The notes below the pieces were generated by a model. That model had not been told where the DNA came from and searched no databases. It saw only the letters and a list, made by a program, of their open reading frames with translations. Below, piece after piece: positions 18,183 through 28,309 of a stretch of 53,077 nt of DNA (its first letter is position 1; each line of letters starts with the position of its first letter). This DNA is from a virus (Duplodnaviria; Caudoviricetes). The DNA is taken from IMG/VR virus record IMGVR_UViG_3300045996_001542, positions 1 through 53,077 of that record, one strand, 5' to 3'. A program made the translations under genes and the position numbers.

Positions 18183-19127
18183 ATGGCCCTCTCGCGTTGT
18201 TTCACCCCCGTACGCGGTAACGCGATGCGGGTTGTTGCCCTGGACGGGTGTGGCGCACCCATCTACGGGGAGGACTCGGTCGGCGTGTCCGACGGGTTCG
18301 TGACCATCAGCTTCACCGCGAACACCGAAGAGGGCGAGGAGATCAGCGTCACCAACGCCGCTGGTCGTACCTGTGTGCGTGAGGTGCCGTGCCCGCAGTT
18401 CCTCGGGTACACGGTCGAGATCGAGTTCTGCAAGGTCGACCCGGCGGTGCTGGCGATCCTGACCGGTCAGGACGTCGAGATGGACGCGCAGGGCCTGGCG
18501 GCCGGGTTCCGGATGAACAGCGCCAACTCCGGGTGTGACCGGGCGTTCGCGCTCGAGATCTGGACCGGTACCCCCGGTGAGCGCTGCAACCCCGACGCGC
18601 CGCAGGACGCCTCCGCCGGCGGGTACCTGCTGCTGCCGTTCATGCAGGGCGGCATCTTCGGCGACTTCACGATCGAGAACGCCGCGATCAGCTTCACCGT
18701 GACCGGCGCGGCCACCAAGACCGGTGGCCTGTGGGGTGTGGGGCCGTTCGACGTCATCCTCGACGCCGCCGGCAACCCGGCCCCGCTCGCCGTGCCGATC
18801 GCGCCGGACGACCACCTGCTGGTGCGGTTCACCGAGGTCGCGCCCCCCGACGTGTTCTGCGGCACCATGCCGCTCCTGAACCCGGCCGATGAGGTGCTGA
18901 CGGGCGTGACCGACACCGCGGACGACCTGACGGTGACGTTCGCCGCGGAGCCGGCCGGTACCGACCCGTGGTGGGTCGACTTCGGCGACGGCACCTGGGA
19001 CTACTCGGCAGGCGGTGCGGACATCGTCCACACCTACGCCGCCGCGGGGACCTACGACTGGGTCGCCTACCGGGGCACCTCGCAGATCACCGGCCAGGTC
19101 GTCGTGACTGCGGCACTCGTCCCCTAG
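18183..19127 (+). CDS. Major tail protein with C-terminal PKD/Ig-like domain
   Basis: MRVVALDGCG, EEGEEISVTNAAG..C, FALEIWTG; WVDFGDGT...HTYAAAGTY. Confidence 0.85.
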   Translation: MALSRCFTPVRGNAMRVVALDGCGAPIYGEDSVGVSDGFVTISFTANTEEGEEISVTNAAGRTCVREVPCPQFLGYTVEIEFCKVDPAVLAILTGQDVEMDAQGLAAGFRMNSANSGCDRAFALEIWTGTPGERCNPDAPQDASAGGYLLLPFMQGGIFGDFTIENAAISFTVTGAATKTGGLWGVGPFDVILDAAGNPAPLAVPIAPDDHLLVRFTEVAPPDVFCGTMPLLNPADEVLTGVTDTADDLTVTFAAEPAGTDPWWVDFGDGTWDYSAGGADIVHTYAAAGTYDWVAYRGTSQITGQVVVTAALVP

Positions 19128-19136
19128 GCAACGAGG

Positions 19137-19169
19137 TGGCCCCTACCTCCTGCGGCGAGGTAGGGGCCA
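19137..19169 (+). terminator. 13-bp hairpin after the major tail gene
   Basis: TGGCCCCTACCTC-7 nt-GAGGTAGGGGCCA. Confidence 0.65.
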
Positions 19170-19253
19170 GTAGTCCTCGCATCTGCCTACCGAGCGACAC
19201 ATGAAGACCACTTCTCGATTCTACGGGCAACTCGCGAAGGAGGGGGAGCGGTC

Positions 19254-20099
19254 ATGAGTGAGCCACCGGTCATGCCTGCCCCGGCTTCCTACTGCGTCCC
19301 GGTCGACTGGTCCTGCGCCGCCCAGGGGTTCCTGGACAGCTTGGACGCGGGGGTCCAGGCGAAGGCGGAGGCCCTGGCCGGCGCCACCCTGTGGGCGCTG
19401 ACCGCGCACCAGGTGGGCGGGTGCCCGATCGACCTGCGCCCCTGTGCACAGGGGTGCGGGCAGGCTTCCAGCTACCTGGAGGCCCCCGTGCTCTCCGGCA
19501 CGGCCTCGGCTCTGGGGGGCCGGGTCGGGCCGTGGTGGGCACACATCGAGCAGGGGCAGTGGGTCAACACCACCTGTGGGTGCACGACCGACTGCTCCTG
19601 CTCGGTCGTGCCCGAGGTGCGTCTGCCCGCCCCGGGCTTCGTGCACGAGGTGCGGCTGGACGGCGAGGTGCTGGACGGCGCGGCATGGCGCGTCGATGAC
19701 GGGACCCGCCTGGTGCGTATCGACGGCGAGGCCTGGCCCAAGTGCCAGGACATGGCCGCCGCGCCCGACGCGGCCGGGTCGTTCGTCGTGTCCTGGTCGG
19801 CGGGGTCACCCCCGGACGGGCTGGTCGCCTGGGCGGCCGGGCTGCTCGCGGTCGAGTACGCCAAGGCGTGCATGGGCCAGTCCTGCGGCCTGCCGGACGG
19901 CGTCACCTCCGTGTCCCGGCAGGGCGTGTCCTGGGAGATCTCGACCAGCATCTTCGACGAGGGCCTGACGGGCATCCGTGAGGTCGACGCCGTGGTGCGG
20001 ATCTACAACCCGTACGGGCTGCGCACCCCGCCGTCGGTGTGGACCCCGTCCTCCCGCCCCCGGGCCACCACCCAGTACGGGGTGGTGACGCCGCCGTGA
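19254..20099 (+). CDS. Head-to-tail adaptor
   Basis: LWALT..QVGGC...LRPC; LVRIDGEAWPKCQD; SVSRQGVS; TGIREVD...NP. Confidence 0.7.
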   Translation: MSEPPVMPAPASYCVPVDWSCAAQGFLDSLDAGVQAKAEALAGATLWALTAHQVGGCPIDLRPCAQGCGQASSYLEAPVLSGTASALGGRVGPWWAHIEQGQWVNTTCGCTTDCSCSVVPEVRLPAPGFVHEVRLDGEVLDGAAWRVDDGTRLVRIDGEAWPKCQDMAAAPDAAGSFVVSWSAGSPPDGLVAWAAGLLAVEYAKACMGQSCGLPDGVTSVSRQGVSWEISTSIFDEGLTGIREVDAVVRIYNPYGLRTPPSVWTPSSRPRATTQYGVVTPP

Positions 20100-20626
20100 G
20101 CGCACCACCGGTCGACGACCTCCTGGTCGAGGACACGGTCGCCTGGCCCGTGCTGGTGGGCCTGGTCGACTGCCTGTGCGCCGAGGTGGTCACCGCCGGC
20201 CTGCCCCCGACCTGCATCTGCTCCCCGATGCCGGGGGAGGCCGTCGCCACCGACTACGTCACCCCGGAGCAGGGCATGGCGTGGGTGCGGGTGGCCTCGG
20301 TGTACCCGTCGGGGACCTTCCCCGGCCAGGACCAGGGCGCCAGCGGGTGCCTGATGCCGATGGCGGTGCAGCTCGAGGTCGGAGTCTTGTACTGCGCCCC
20401 GGTCACCGAGGGCCGCTCCAGCACCCCGCCCGGCCTGGGCGCGATGTTCGACTCCACGCGCCTGCAGATGGCGGCGATGGCCGCGATGCTGCGCGCGATC
20501 GAGTGCTGCCTGGGCAACGCCAGCGCCAAGGGCGTGTCCCTGGGTGCCTACACACCGGCGGGTCCCGAGGGCGCGGTCGTGGGCGGCACGTGGCAGGTCA
20601 CCGTCGCCGAGGGGGTGGTGCGCTGA
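20096..20626 (+). CDS. Tail terminator / neck protein (putative)
   Basis: GTGA overlap; GMAWVRV, GPEGAVVGGTW; synteny. Confidence 0.55.
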   Translation: MSAPPVDDLLVEDTVAWPVLVGLVDCLCAEVVTAGLPPTCICSPMPGEAVATDYVTPEQGMAWVRVASVYPSGTFPGQDQGASGCLMPMAVQLEVGVLYCAPVTEGRSSTPPGLGAMFDSTRLQMAAMAAMLRAIECCLGNASAKGVSLGAYTPAGPEGAVVGGTWQVTVAEGVVR

Positions 20627-21069
20627 TGGCCTCACGCCGCCGTGTCCGGGTGCACCCCGACGCGATCAGGTCCCTGTGGTTCCCCGGCGGCGGCGTGTAC
20701 CGGTACACCGGGCGGTTCCGCCGCTCGCTGGAGTACCAGGTGCGCATCGCGGCACCCAAGCGGACCGGGACGCTGCGCCGCTCCGTCGGTTCCGACCGGC
20801 GCGGCACCAACCAGTTCGGCAACCGCGTCACCGTCTGGGCTGCGGCCCGGCACGCGAGGTGGGTGGCGCTGGGCACCAACGGCAAGACGATGCCGCCCGG
20901 CCGGGCCATGAAGCTCTACGCCCCGCCGCGTCCGGTGGCCGCCGCGCGCGGTCGCCGCGACTGGACCGCAACCATCGGCCGGCTGACCAAGAGCGTGGAC
21001 GGCCAGAGGCCGAACAACTTCCTCCAGGACGGGCTGAACCGCGCCATGACGATCCACCGGCTGCGTTAG
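20626..21069 (+). CDS. HK97 gp10-like neck/tail completion protein
   Basis: APKRTGTLRRS, GT...GQRPNNFL; Arg-rich. Confidence 0.65.
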   Translation: MASRRRVRVHPDAIRSLWFPGGGVYRYTGRFRRSLEYQVRIAAPKRTGTLRRSVGSDRRGTNQFGNRVTVWAAARHARWVALGTNGKTMPPGRAMKLYAPPRPVAAARGRRDWTATIGRLTKSVDGQRPNNFLQDGLNRAMTIHRLR

Positions 21070-21111
21070 GCGGCCGGATGCACACCACCAACCAGAAAGA
21101 AGGGGCCGCGC

Positions 21112-21561
21112 ATGGTCAAGGAGTTCGCGCTCGCGCTGGAGCGAGAGATGAACGACGACGAGGAGGAGGAGCTACTGCCGTTCAAGATCCAGGGCGACGA
21201 CACCCAGCTGTACGCGATGACGCCGACCGAGGCGGACATCGCGCTGGTCGCCGGGGCGATGTCGCAGTACGCGGAGGACGGGGAGAAGGCCGTCGCGATC
21301 CTCGACCTGTTCTGGTCGCTGATGGACCCCCCCACGGCGCGGCACCTGCGCCGCCGGCTGCGCGACCGGTCCGACCGGTTCCAGCTCGCGGACGTCATGA
21401 ACGTGCTGGAGTGGATCGTCGAGGAGCGCACGGGACGCCCTACGAAGCCGTCGTCCGGCTCCACGGCATCGCAGCCGAGCACTGGGGCACGATCGACGGC
21501 GAACTCGCGGCGCAAGGCATCAACGCGCTCGCGCTCCCCCCAGATCGCTTCTGCAACCTGA
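21112..21561 (+). CDS. Tail assembly chaperone (short form)
   Basis: Upstream of the tape measure; EERTGRPT followed by a low-complexity Ser/Arg tail. Confidence 0.75.
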   Translation: MVKEFALALEREMNDDEEEELLPFKIQGDDTQLYAMTPTEADIALVAGAMSQYAEDGEKAVAILDLFWSLMDPPTARHLRRRLRDRSDRFQLADVMNVLEWIVEERTGRPTKPSSGSTASQPSTGARSTANSRRKASTRSRSPQIASAT

Positions 21562-21737
21562 TCTACGCCTGGTGCCTGCCCCGCCTGGAGCACAAGGAGG
21601 GTGCCCGGGAGAAGTTCAACACCCAGCTGGAGGCCCCGCTGGGTGGGCAGGCCGACACGCGGATGCGTCGCGCCCCCAAGGACCACACGGACTCGCTGCG
21701 GCAGATGGCGGCCTGGTCCCAGACGGTAGGGGGGTGA
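21438..21737 (+). CDS. Tail assembly chaperone extension in the -1 frame
   Basis: -1 frame reads PYEAVVRL...WGTIDGE...DRFCNLIYAW and ends 3 nt before the tape measure start; no obvious RBS/start of its own. Confidence 0.65.
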   Translation, partial: PYEAVVRLHGIAAEHWGTIDGELAAQGINALALPPDRFCNLIYAWCLPRLEHKEGAREKFNTQLEAPLGGQADTRMRRAPKDHTDSLRQMAAWSQTVGG

Positions 21738-21740
21738 CAC

Positions 21741-24700
21741 GTGGCCGGACCCACGATCGCGTCGGCTGAGGTCGATGTCGACTTTGACGGCAGCGGCATG
21801 CCCGCCCAGGCCCGCCGTATCGCGAACCAGGCCGGGAAGGTCCTGGAGCCCCGGATGAAGAAGGTCGGGGACCGGGTCGGCCGGGAGTTCATCACTGGGA
21901 TGGACGGGCAGCTGCGGCAGGTCCCGGCCAACGCGATGCGCATGATCCGGGAGATCAACACCACGGACATCGGCAAGGAGAAGGGCACCGACCTGGCCGA
22001 GGGCCTGGGGGACGGGATCGAGGAGCGGTCGGGCGAGGTCTCCAAGAAACTGGAGCGGGTGCTGGGCCGTGGCGACTTCCACCGGAAGGGGAACCGCGCT
22101 GGCAGCAACTTCGCCCGGGGCCTGGCGGACGGCATCCAGAACGGGCGGGCCCGGATCGAGGCCGTCCTGGAGCGGCTGCTGTCCGGGTTCGGCGGGGGCG
22201 CGGGCGGCCGGGGTAGCGCAGCGGGGGCCGCGTTCGGCGACGGGTTCCACAGGGGCATGTTCAGCCGGATGGACCACACGGTCAGGCTGGTGCTGGGGCT
22301 GATCGCCACCATGGGCCCGCAGATGGCCGCCCTCGGGTCGGCCCTGTCGGGAACCCTGGTCAGCGCCCTGGGCTCCGCGATCGTGGGCCTGGGCGGCGCG
22401 CTGCTGATCCTGGGCGGGCCGCTGACGGCCGGGGTCCTGGCGTCCAGGATGTTGGGTTCGGAGTGGGAGAAGCTGCTCAAGCGGTCCGGCGAGCTCAAGG
22501 AGGCCGTCAAGGGCCTGTCCGGGGCGTGGAAAGAGCAGAGAAGGGAGATGGCCGACGCCGCGGCGGAGGGCATCACCCCGCTGATCGCGGCCCTGGACCG
22601 GTTGATCGACAAGTCCGACGTCGGTACGGCCCTGGGTAAGTCGGTCGCGGGAATCGCGGACGCGTTCACCGAGGTCGTCAAGTCCTCCGGGTTCTCCGCG
22701 TTCCTGACCGCGATGGAGACCACGTTCCCGGCCGCGCTGACGCTGTTCGGGACCGCGCTGGCGGGCATCACGCAGGGCCTGCTGACCATGTGGGCCACCG
22801 CCGGCCCGGCGGCCGTGGCCCTGGGCGAGTCGTTCGCGGGCTGGGCGGCCAACTTCGCCGACGCCATGCAGGTCATGGCGGACTCGGGCCAGCTCGCCGC
22901 GTTCTTCGACACCGCCCTGGCCTCCCTGGACGCCCTGTTCGGGCTGATCAACCCGCTGACGGTCGCGCTGGGCAACGTGTTCCTGCTCGGGGCAGGCCCC
23001 GGCAACGAGTTCCTGGGGATCCTGGGGCAGCTGGCCGAGGAGTTCCTGGCCTTCACCCGGTCCGTCGAGGGTGCTGCGACGATCACCGCCTGGTTCGAGC
23101 AGGCCAACACCGTCGCCGTGCCGCTGCTGGGCCTGATCGGCTCCCTGGGCAAGACCCTGGCGGACATGGTCACCCCGACCGTGGTGGCCCAGCTGGTGGG
23201 GTTCATCGACTCCCTGTCGGCGGCGCTGCCGATCATCGGCGAGATCCTGTCGATCATCGGTGAGGACTTCGGCGTGCTGGTCGTGTTCTCGCAGGCGCTG
23301 ACGACCATCGGGGCCGTGATCACGCCGATCCTGCCCGCCCTGAGCGAGTTCGCCACGATCCTCGGGCAGGGGCTCCTGGCCACCCTCGACGCGCTCACGC
23401 CCGTCCTGACCGTGGTCGCCGACGTATTCGGCCGGCTGCTCAACCCCCTGGGCCGGATCGTGAGCGGCCTGACCGACTTCTCCAGCGCATCCGCCTTCGC
23501 CGAGAACGCGGCCCGCCTGCTGCCCGGCGCCCTGCGCGACATCGGCATCAACCTCGCCGACCTGGTCGACACGATCGCGGACGCGCTGCCCCACGTCGTC
23601 ACCGGCCTGACCGGGGTGCTCAGCGGCCTCGGGGAGGGCCTGTCGGAAGCCTTCCTCAAGCTGGGCCCGGCGGTGGGGAACCTGCTGGGCGTGCTGGTCG
23701 GACAGCTCGCGCGGCTGCTGCCCGCCGTGGTCGCGGCGGCAACGCAAGCGTTCACTGGTCTCGCCACGGGGCTCCAGGCGGCCATCCCGCAGTTCGTGGC
23801 CGCGCTGCCGCTGGTGGTGACGGCCCTGGGCACCCTGGTCCCGCTGCTGCTGCGCGCGGCCCTGACGCTGGTCAGCGCGCTGGTGCAGGGCCTGGCCGAC
23901 AACGCCCAGATGATCGCCGAGGGCCTGCTGACGCTGCTGACCGACGCGGTGGGCACGATCGCCGACGTGCTGCCGCTGGTCCTGGCCGCGGCGATGGACC
24001 TGGTGACCGGGCTGGCCGACGGGCTGCTGGCGAACCTGCCGGCCCTGCTGGAGGCCGCCGCCGGGCTGGTCGAGGCGATCCTGCTCGCGATCGGGGAGGC
24101 GGGGCCCTCCCTTGTCCTGGCTGCAGGGCAGATCCTGGGCGCCCTTGTGGTCGGGCTGATCGCCGCCCTGCCGAGCCTGACCGAAGCGCTCCTCGGGCTG
24201 CTGCCGGCCGTCACCGCGGCGATGGACGCGATCATGCCCCAGCTCATCGAGGCCGGCGTCGCCATCCTGACCGCGGTCAACCAGGGGATGCTGGAGCACG
24301 GCCCGGAGATCCAGGAGGCGATCATCAGGCTGCTGCCGCACATCCAGCAGGCCTTCGGCGACATTCTGCCCCTGATCATCAAGCTGGGTGTCGGGATTGT
24401 CACGGGCATGGCCAAGGGCATCATCGACAACCCGAAGATCGTCACCGACGCGATCAAGACCATCGGGACGGCGCTGATCGCGGCGTTCAAGGGGCTGATG
24501 GGCATCCACTCGCCGTCCACCGTGATGGACAACCTGGGCGTGGACGTGATGAACGGCCTGCGCGACGGCGTGGTGCGGGCCGGCGAGAACGTCCTGAACT
24601 GGTTCCAGGAGCTGCCCGGCCGGATCCTGGCCAAGCTCTCCGGGCTGGCCGGGGACCTCCAGGCCTGGGCCGGCGAAGCGATTGGTTCCGCCGTGACGGC

Positions 24701-25205
24701 GTTCTCCTCCGGTATCGGAAACCTGGTGACGACGGCTGCGGGCATCCCCGGTCGGATCCTCGGCGCGATCGGGAACCTGGGCTCGACCCTGACCAGCGCA
24801 GGTTCGAGCCTGATCAGCGGCCTGACCGCCGGAGTCACGGCAGGGATCGACAACCTGCTGGCGAGCGTGGGCAACGTCGCCCAGAGCGTCATCGACAAGG
24901 TGACCGGCAAGAAGGGCTTCGACAGCAACAGCCCGTCCAGGGTGTTCCGCGACATCGGTAGCGACGTCGTGGCCGGTCTCGTGCAGGGCATGGAGAACAA
25001 CGCCCGCTCGGCCGACTTCGCCGCCGCCGCCCTGGCCCGCGGGTCGATCGGCGCGTTCGACAACGCCTCCCCGGTCAGCACCGCCAACTACAGCACGCGC
25101 AACAACAACGTCGCGGCCGGCGCGATCCAGATCGTCACCCAGACCACCGACCCGCAAGTCGCGGCAAACATGGTGCTGGACCGGCTCGTCACGCGGATGG
25201 CGTGA
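21741..25205 (+). CDS. Tape measure protein (1154 aa)
   Basis: Long Ala/Leu/Gly amphipathic repeats; GIHSPS and SNSPSRVF motifs. Confidence 0.92.
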   Translation: MAGPTIASAEVDVDFDGSGMPAQARRIANQAGKVLEPRMKKVGDRVGREFITGMDGQLRQVPANAMRMIREINTTDIGKEKGTDLAEGLGDGIEERSGEVSKKLERVLGRGDFHRKGNRAGSNFARGLADGIQNGRARIEAVLERLLSGFGGGAGGRGSAAGAAFGDGFHRGMFSRMDHTVRLVLGLIATMGPQMAALGSALSGTLVSALGSAIVGLGGALLILGGPLTAGVLASRMLGSEWEKLLKRSGELKEAVKGLSGAWKEQRREMADAAAEGITPLIAALDRLIDKSDVGTALGKSVAGIADAFTEVVKSSGFSAFLTAMETTFPAALTLFGTALAGITQGLLTMWATAGPAAVALGESFAGWAANFADAMQVMADSGQLAAFFDTALASLDALFGLINPLTVALGNVFLLGAGPGNEFLGILGQLAEEFLAFTRSVEGAATITAWFEQANTVAVPLLGLIGSLGKTLADMVTPTVVAQLVGFIDSLSAALPIIGEILSIIGEDFGVLVVFSQALTTIGAVITPILPALSEFATILGQGLLATLDALTPVLTVVADVFGRLLNPLGRIVSGLTDFSSASAFAENAARLLPGALRDIGINLADLVDTIADALPHVVTGLTGVLSGLGEGLSEAFLKLGPAVGNLLGVLVGQLARLLPAVVAAATQAFTGLATGLQAAIPQFVAALPLVVTALGTLVPLLLRAALTLVSALVQGLADNAQMIAEGLLTLLTDAVGTIADVLPLVLAAAMDLVTGLADGLLANLPALLEAAAGLVEAILLAIGEAGPSLVLAAGQILGALVVGLIAALPSLTEALLGLLPAVTAAMDAIMPQLIEAGVAILTAVNQGMLEHGPEIQEAIIRLLPHIQQAFGDILPLIIKLGVGIVTGMAKGIIDNPKIVTDAIKTIGTALIAAFKGLMGIHSPSTVMDNLGVDVMNGLRDGVVRAGENVLNWFQELPGRILAKLSGLAGDLQAWAGEAIGSAVTAFSSGIGNLVTTAAGIPGRILGAIGNLGSTLTSAGSSLISGLTAGVTAGIDNLLASVGNVAQSVIDKVTGKKGFDSNSPSRVFRDIGSDVVAGLVQGMENNARSADFAAAALARGSIGAFDNASPVSTANYSTRNNNVAAGAIQIVTQTTDPQVAANMVLDRLVTRMA

Positions 25206-25222
25206 GAGGGGGAGTGTCCTAG

Positions 25223-27172
25223 ATGGTCTTCCAGGGGTACATGTCGCTCGGCGGGACCGAGATCATCAACCAGGCCCGCACCACCGCCTACACCAAGCAC
25301 GCGCTGCCGAAGCTGGACCTGCGCGAGTGCGACGGGTGCGACGACTTCAACGAGGTCCTTGGGCACCGGCCGTACCAGTCGCCGCTGGTCGACCAGCCCG
25401 ACTGGTACGACGAGGAGAACCCGGACTCCTGGGACTTCTACGGCCTGTACCCGCTGGACGTGCAGGGGTTCGACGACGGCGTCACGACGGTCTCGATCAC
25501 CGAGCTGATGGAGGACGGCGCGTCGGTGTCCGTGCCGCGCCGCGCCAGCCGGCAGATGCGGGTCACGGGCCTGCTGGTCGGGCGCACGGACGCGGCCATC
25601 TCCTACGGGATGGTGTGGTTGCGTAACGCGCTGCTCGGCAGCCCGTGCGCCTCCCAGCTGACGTGCACGGGTGACCACCTGTGCTACTTCACGGCGTGCC
25701 CGCCGATCTGTTCCGACTCGCCCGACTGGCACACCGGGGACATCCGCGACTGTCAGAACAACCTGGTCCTGGACCCGATCTCCCAGTGCACCGCGCCGTA
25801 CGAGCGCTTCCTGTACGACGTCACCCTGGTCGACGGCCCCAGGGTCGTGGAGCAGTTCCCGTCGGACTGCGCGAACTACGTGCGGGTGGAGTTCACGCTG
25901 GTCGCCGCGACGCCGTCGCCGGTCGGGATCGCCCGGCGCGCGGTGTCCCCGGGCGACTTGATCGGACCGCCACGGCTGGTCCCGGAGATCTCGTGCACCG
26001 CGGACGGTGGTGTCACCACGCGGCGCAACTTCATGGTCTCGCCCAAGATCGCCCGGAACCAGGGGGAAGGTGAGTGGGTGTGGGGCGTCCAGCTCGACGA
26101 CGACCGGTACGACGTCGACTGGGAGCCCGGCCTGCCGATGCCCGACGCGGTGTCGCTGCGCGAGATCGTGCAGGCCGGGGACGGCACCCCGCGCATGTCG
26201 CAGCTGGACGAGGTCGGCGTCTCCCGTGAGCGGCTGTCCCAGCCCGTCCCGCTGATCCAGGCGTCGCCCGGGTTGCTGACCACCGCCAGCGTGTACGCGA
26301 AGCCGTCCCGGGACGCGATGGGGTCCATCTGGTTCGACTACGTGTCCGCGAAGGGCAAGCTCTTGGGGCAGAGCCCGGTGGGGACGCTGAACATCCCCGC
26401 GGGCCAGTGGGGGCGCGTCGCGGTGACGTTCAGAGCGCCCGGCGGCACCGCGCTCCTGGTCGGGCATGCCGCGATGGACGCGACCGGTGGGAACGCGCAG
26501 GTCGGTGACATGACCTGGTGGGCGGCCGGGCTGCTGGAGTGGGGGTCGCAGACCCTGGAGTACTTCGACGGGGACACCGCCGACACCCTGGTCACCCGGT
26601 ACCGGTGGAGCCGTCGGCGCAACTACTCGACGTCGGTCGCGCAGCGCGTCGTGGACAACATGCCGATCATCGTCGACCCCGACTGCACCAAGATCCCGGC
26701 CCCTCCGCGGGCGCCGTTGATCGACGACGAATGCCTCCGGGAGCCGGTGCAGTGGTCCCGGTACCAGTACGTGCTGGACGAGGACCTGGTGCCCGTGTGG
26801 TCGGACGCGCTGCCGGTCGTCACGATCCGCGCCAAGGGCGAGCCGGTGAAGCAGGCCCGGGTGCGGTTCTACCCCAACCCGTTGGGCCTGGACCTGGGGG
26901 AGCTGGAGCCGTGCGACTTCTGCGGCGAGTTCATCGTCTCGTTCATCCCCCGGTGGTCGACGCTGACCGTCGACAGCATCCGGCAGCGGGCGTACGTGAC
27001 CAGCCCCGGCGGGATCGTGCGCCCCGCGTCGCACCTGCTGTACGCGTCCGACGGCGGCCCGATGGTGTGGTCGAGCCTGTCGTGCGGGCTGCAGTACAAG
27101 ATGACGGTCGACATGGTCCCCACCGACGACGGCAGCCTGTCGACCACCTTGTGTCTGGCGGCGCGCGAATGA
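25223..27172 (+). CDS. Minor tail protein (Dit-like, Cys-rich, probable inserted carbohydrate-binding-like domain)
   Basis: After the TMP; GGTEIIN..RT.AY start; internal LEWGS..LEYFDGDT module. Confidence 0.7.
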   Translation: MVFQGYMSLGGTEIINQARTTAYTKHALPKLDLRECDGCDDFNEVLGHRPYQSPLVDQPDWYDEENPDSWDFYGLYPLDVQGFDDGVTTVSITELMEDGASVSVPRRASRQMRVTGLLVGRTDAAISYGMVWLRNALLGSPCASQLTCTGDHLCYFTACPPICSDSPDWHTGDIRDCQNNLVLDPISQCTAPYERFLYDVTLVDGPRVVEQFPSDCANYVRVEFTLVAATPSPVGIARRAVSPGDLIGPPRLVPEISCTADGGVTTRRNFMVSPKIARNQGEGEWVWGVQLDDDRYDVDWEPGLPMPDAVSLREIVQAGDGTPRMSQLDEVGVSRERLSQPVPLIQASPGLLTTASVYAKPSRDAMGSIWFDYVSAKGKLLGQSPVGTLNIPAGQWGRVAVTFRAPGGTALLVGHAAMDATGGNAQVGDMTWWAAGLLEWGSQTLEYFDGDTADTLVTRYRWSRRRNYSTSVAQRVVDNMPIIVDPDCTKIPAPPRAPLIDDECLREPVQWSRYQYVLDEDLVPVWSDALPVVTIRAKGEPVKQARVRFYPNPLGLDLGELEPCDFCGEFIVSFIPRWSTLTVDSIRQRAYVTSPGGIVRPASHLLYASDGGPMVWSSLSCGLQYKMTVDMVPTDDGSLSTTLCLAARE

Positions 27173-27184
27173 GCGGGGCGCGCG

Positions 27185-28309
27185 ATGGCCGTTAACGCCG
27201 GGGTCGGCTGCACGAACCACACCGTCATGGTCTACGACCGGGGCGGTTTCACCAGGCTGTTCCAGCTGGAGGACGTGATCAGCGTGCAGTGGCAGCGCGT
27301 GCGGGACGACATCTCCCTGGCGGACATCACGATCTCCTCCCCGGGGCCGGCGTGCCTGCGCATGCTGGAGCAGATCGAGCCGGGCCGGCACGAGCTGGTG
27401 GTCTACCGGGGCACGCAGCGGGTGTGGGAGGGGCCGATCACGCTGCTGGTCGAGGAGCAGGGCCTGACCCCGACCGTGAAGATCCAGGCGCGGGACGTCA
27501 TGCACTACGCGTACCGGCTGATCATGCGCCGCCGGTACAACAACGCCTACCCGCACATCTCCACGACCGTGGACCGGGCCGCGAAGATCCTGCGGACCGA
27601 GCTGGCGCGGCGGGAGAGGGAGGACCCGCCGATCAACGTGCTGCCGCACTTGCAGGTCATCAGGTCGCGCGGCATGGCGAAGACCTCACGCATCACCAAG
27701 GCGTACCAGTCGACCGTGTTCGAGGACATCGATTCCCTGGCGTCGTACTCCGGCCTGGACTACACGGTCATCGGGCGCAGGATCGTGTTGTTCGACCGGC
27801 ACATCGCGATCGGCCGCACCCCCACGGTCACGCAGGCCGATTTCCTCGGAGACGTGCGCATCACCGTGTTCGGGATGGAGTTGGCGACGTTCGCGGCCGT
27901 GACCGGCGGCAACGGCATGTATGCCGTGGCGGGTGGCGCGGACGACTACTACGGGAACTGGGAGGTCCTGGACAGCGCGTACGACGAGGAGCAGGACTCG
28001 GCCAAGCCGACGCAGGCCGAGCTTTCGGAGCAGGCCCGTCGCAACCTGGTCGGGCACATGCCGTCGCCGGTCCAGATCCGGGTCCCGGATAACGCGCGGA
28101 TCAACCCGAACGGGGTGCTGACGATGGACAACCTGGTGCCGGGGATCCAGGTACCGGTCCGGGCGAAGCTCGCCATCCGGCAGGTCCAGCAGTACCAGAA
28201 GCTGAACAAGGTGCAGGTCAACGACGACGCGGCGGGGGAGCGGATCCAGATCATCCTGGTCCCCTCGACCGGCAACCCTGTGGTGGACGAAGCGGGAGTC
28301 ACGCTCTGA
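27185..28309 (+). CDS. Minor tail / baseplate hub protein
   Basis: VQWQRVRDDISLA, HELVVYRG..RVWEGPI, GLDYTVIGRRI. Confidence 0.75.
   Translation: MAVNAGVGCTNHTVMVYDRGGFTRLFQLEDVISVQWQRVRDDISLADITISSPGPACLRMLEQIEPGRHELVVYRGTQRVWEGPITLLVEEQGLTPTVKIQARDVMHYAYRLIMRRRYNNAYPHISTTVDRAAKILRTELARREREDPPINVLPHLQVIRSRGMAKTSRITKAYQSTVFEDIDSLASYSGLDYTVIGRRIVLFDRHIAIGRTPTVTQADFLGDVRITVFGMELATFAAVTGGNGMYAVAGGADDYYGNWEVLDSAYDEEQDSAKPTQAELSEQARRNLVGHMPSPVQIRVPDNARINPNGVLTMDNLVPGIQVPVRAKLAIRQVQQYQKLNKVQVNDDAAGERIQIILVPSTGNPVVDEAGVTL

Noticed and set aside
21066-25157. Very long minus-strand ORFs (1363 and 1174 aa) over the tape measure, and similar ones at 8947..10878, 10899..13658, 25088..27649 and 31562..34330
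   Set aside because: Antisense shadows of high-GC3 genes. They have no recognisable motifs and fully overlap well-supported plus-strand genes.
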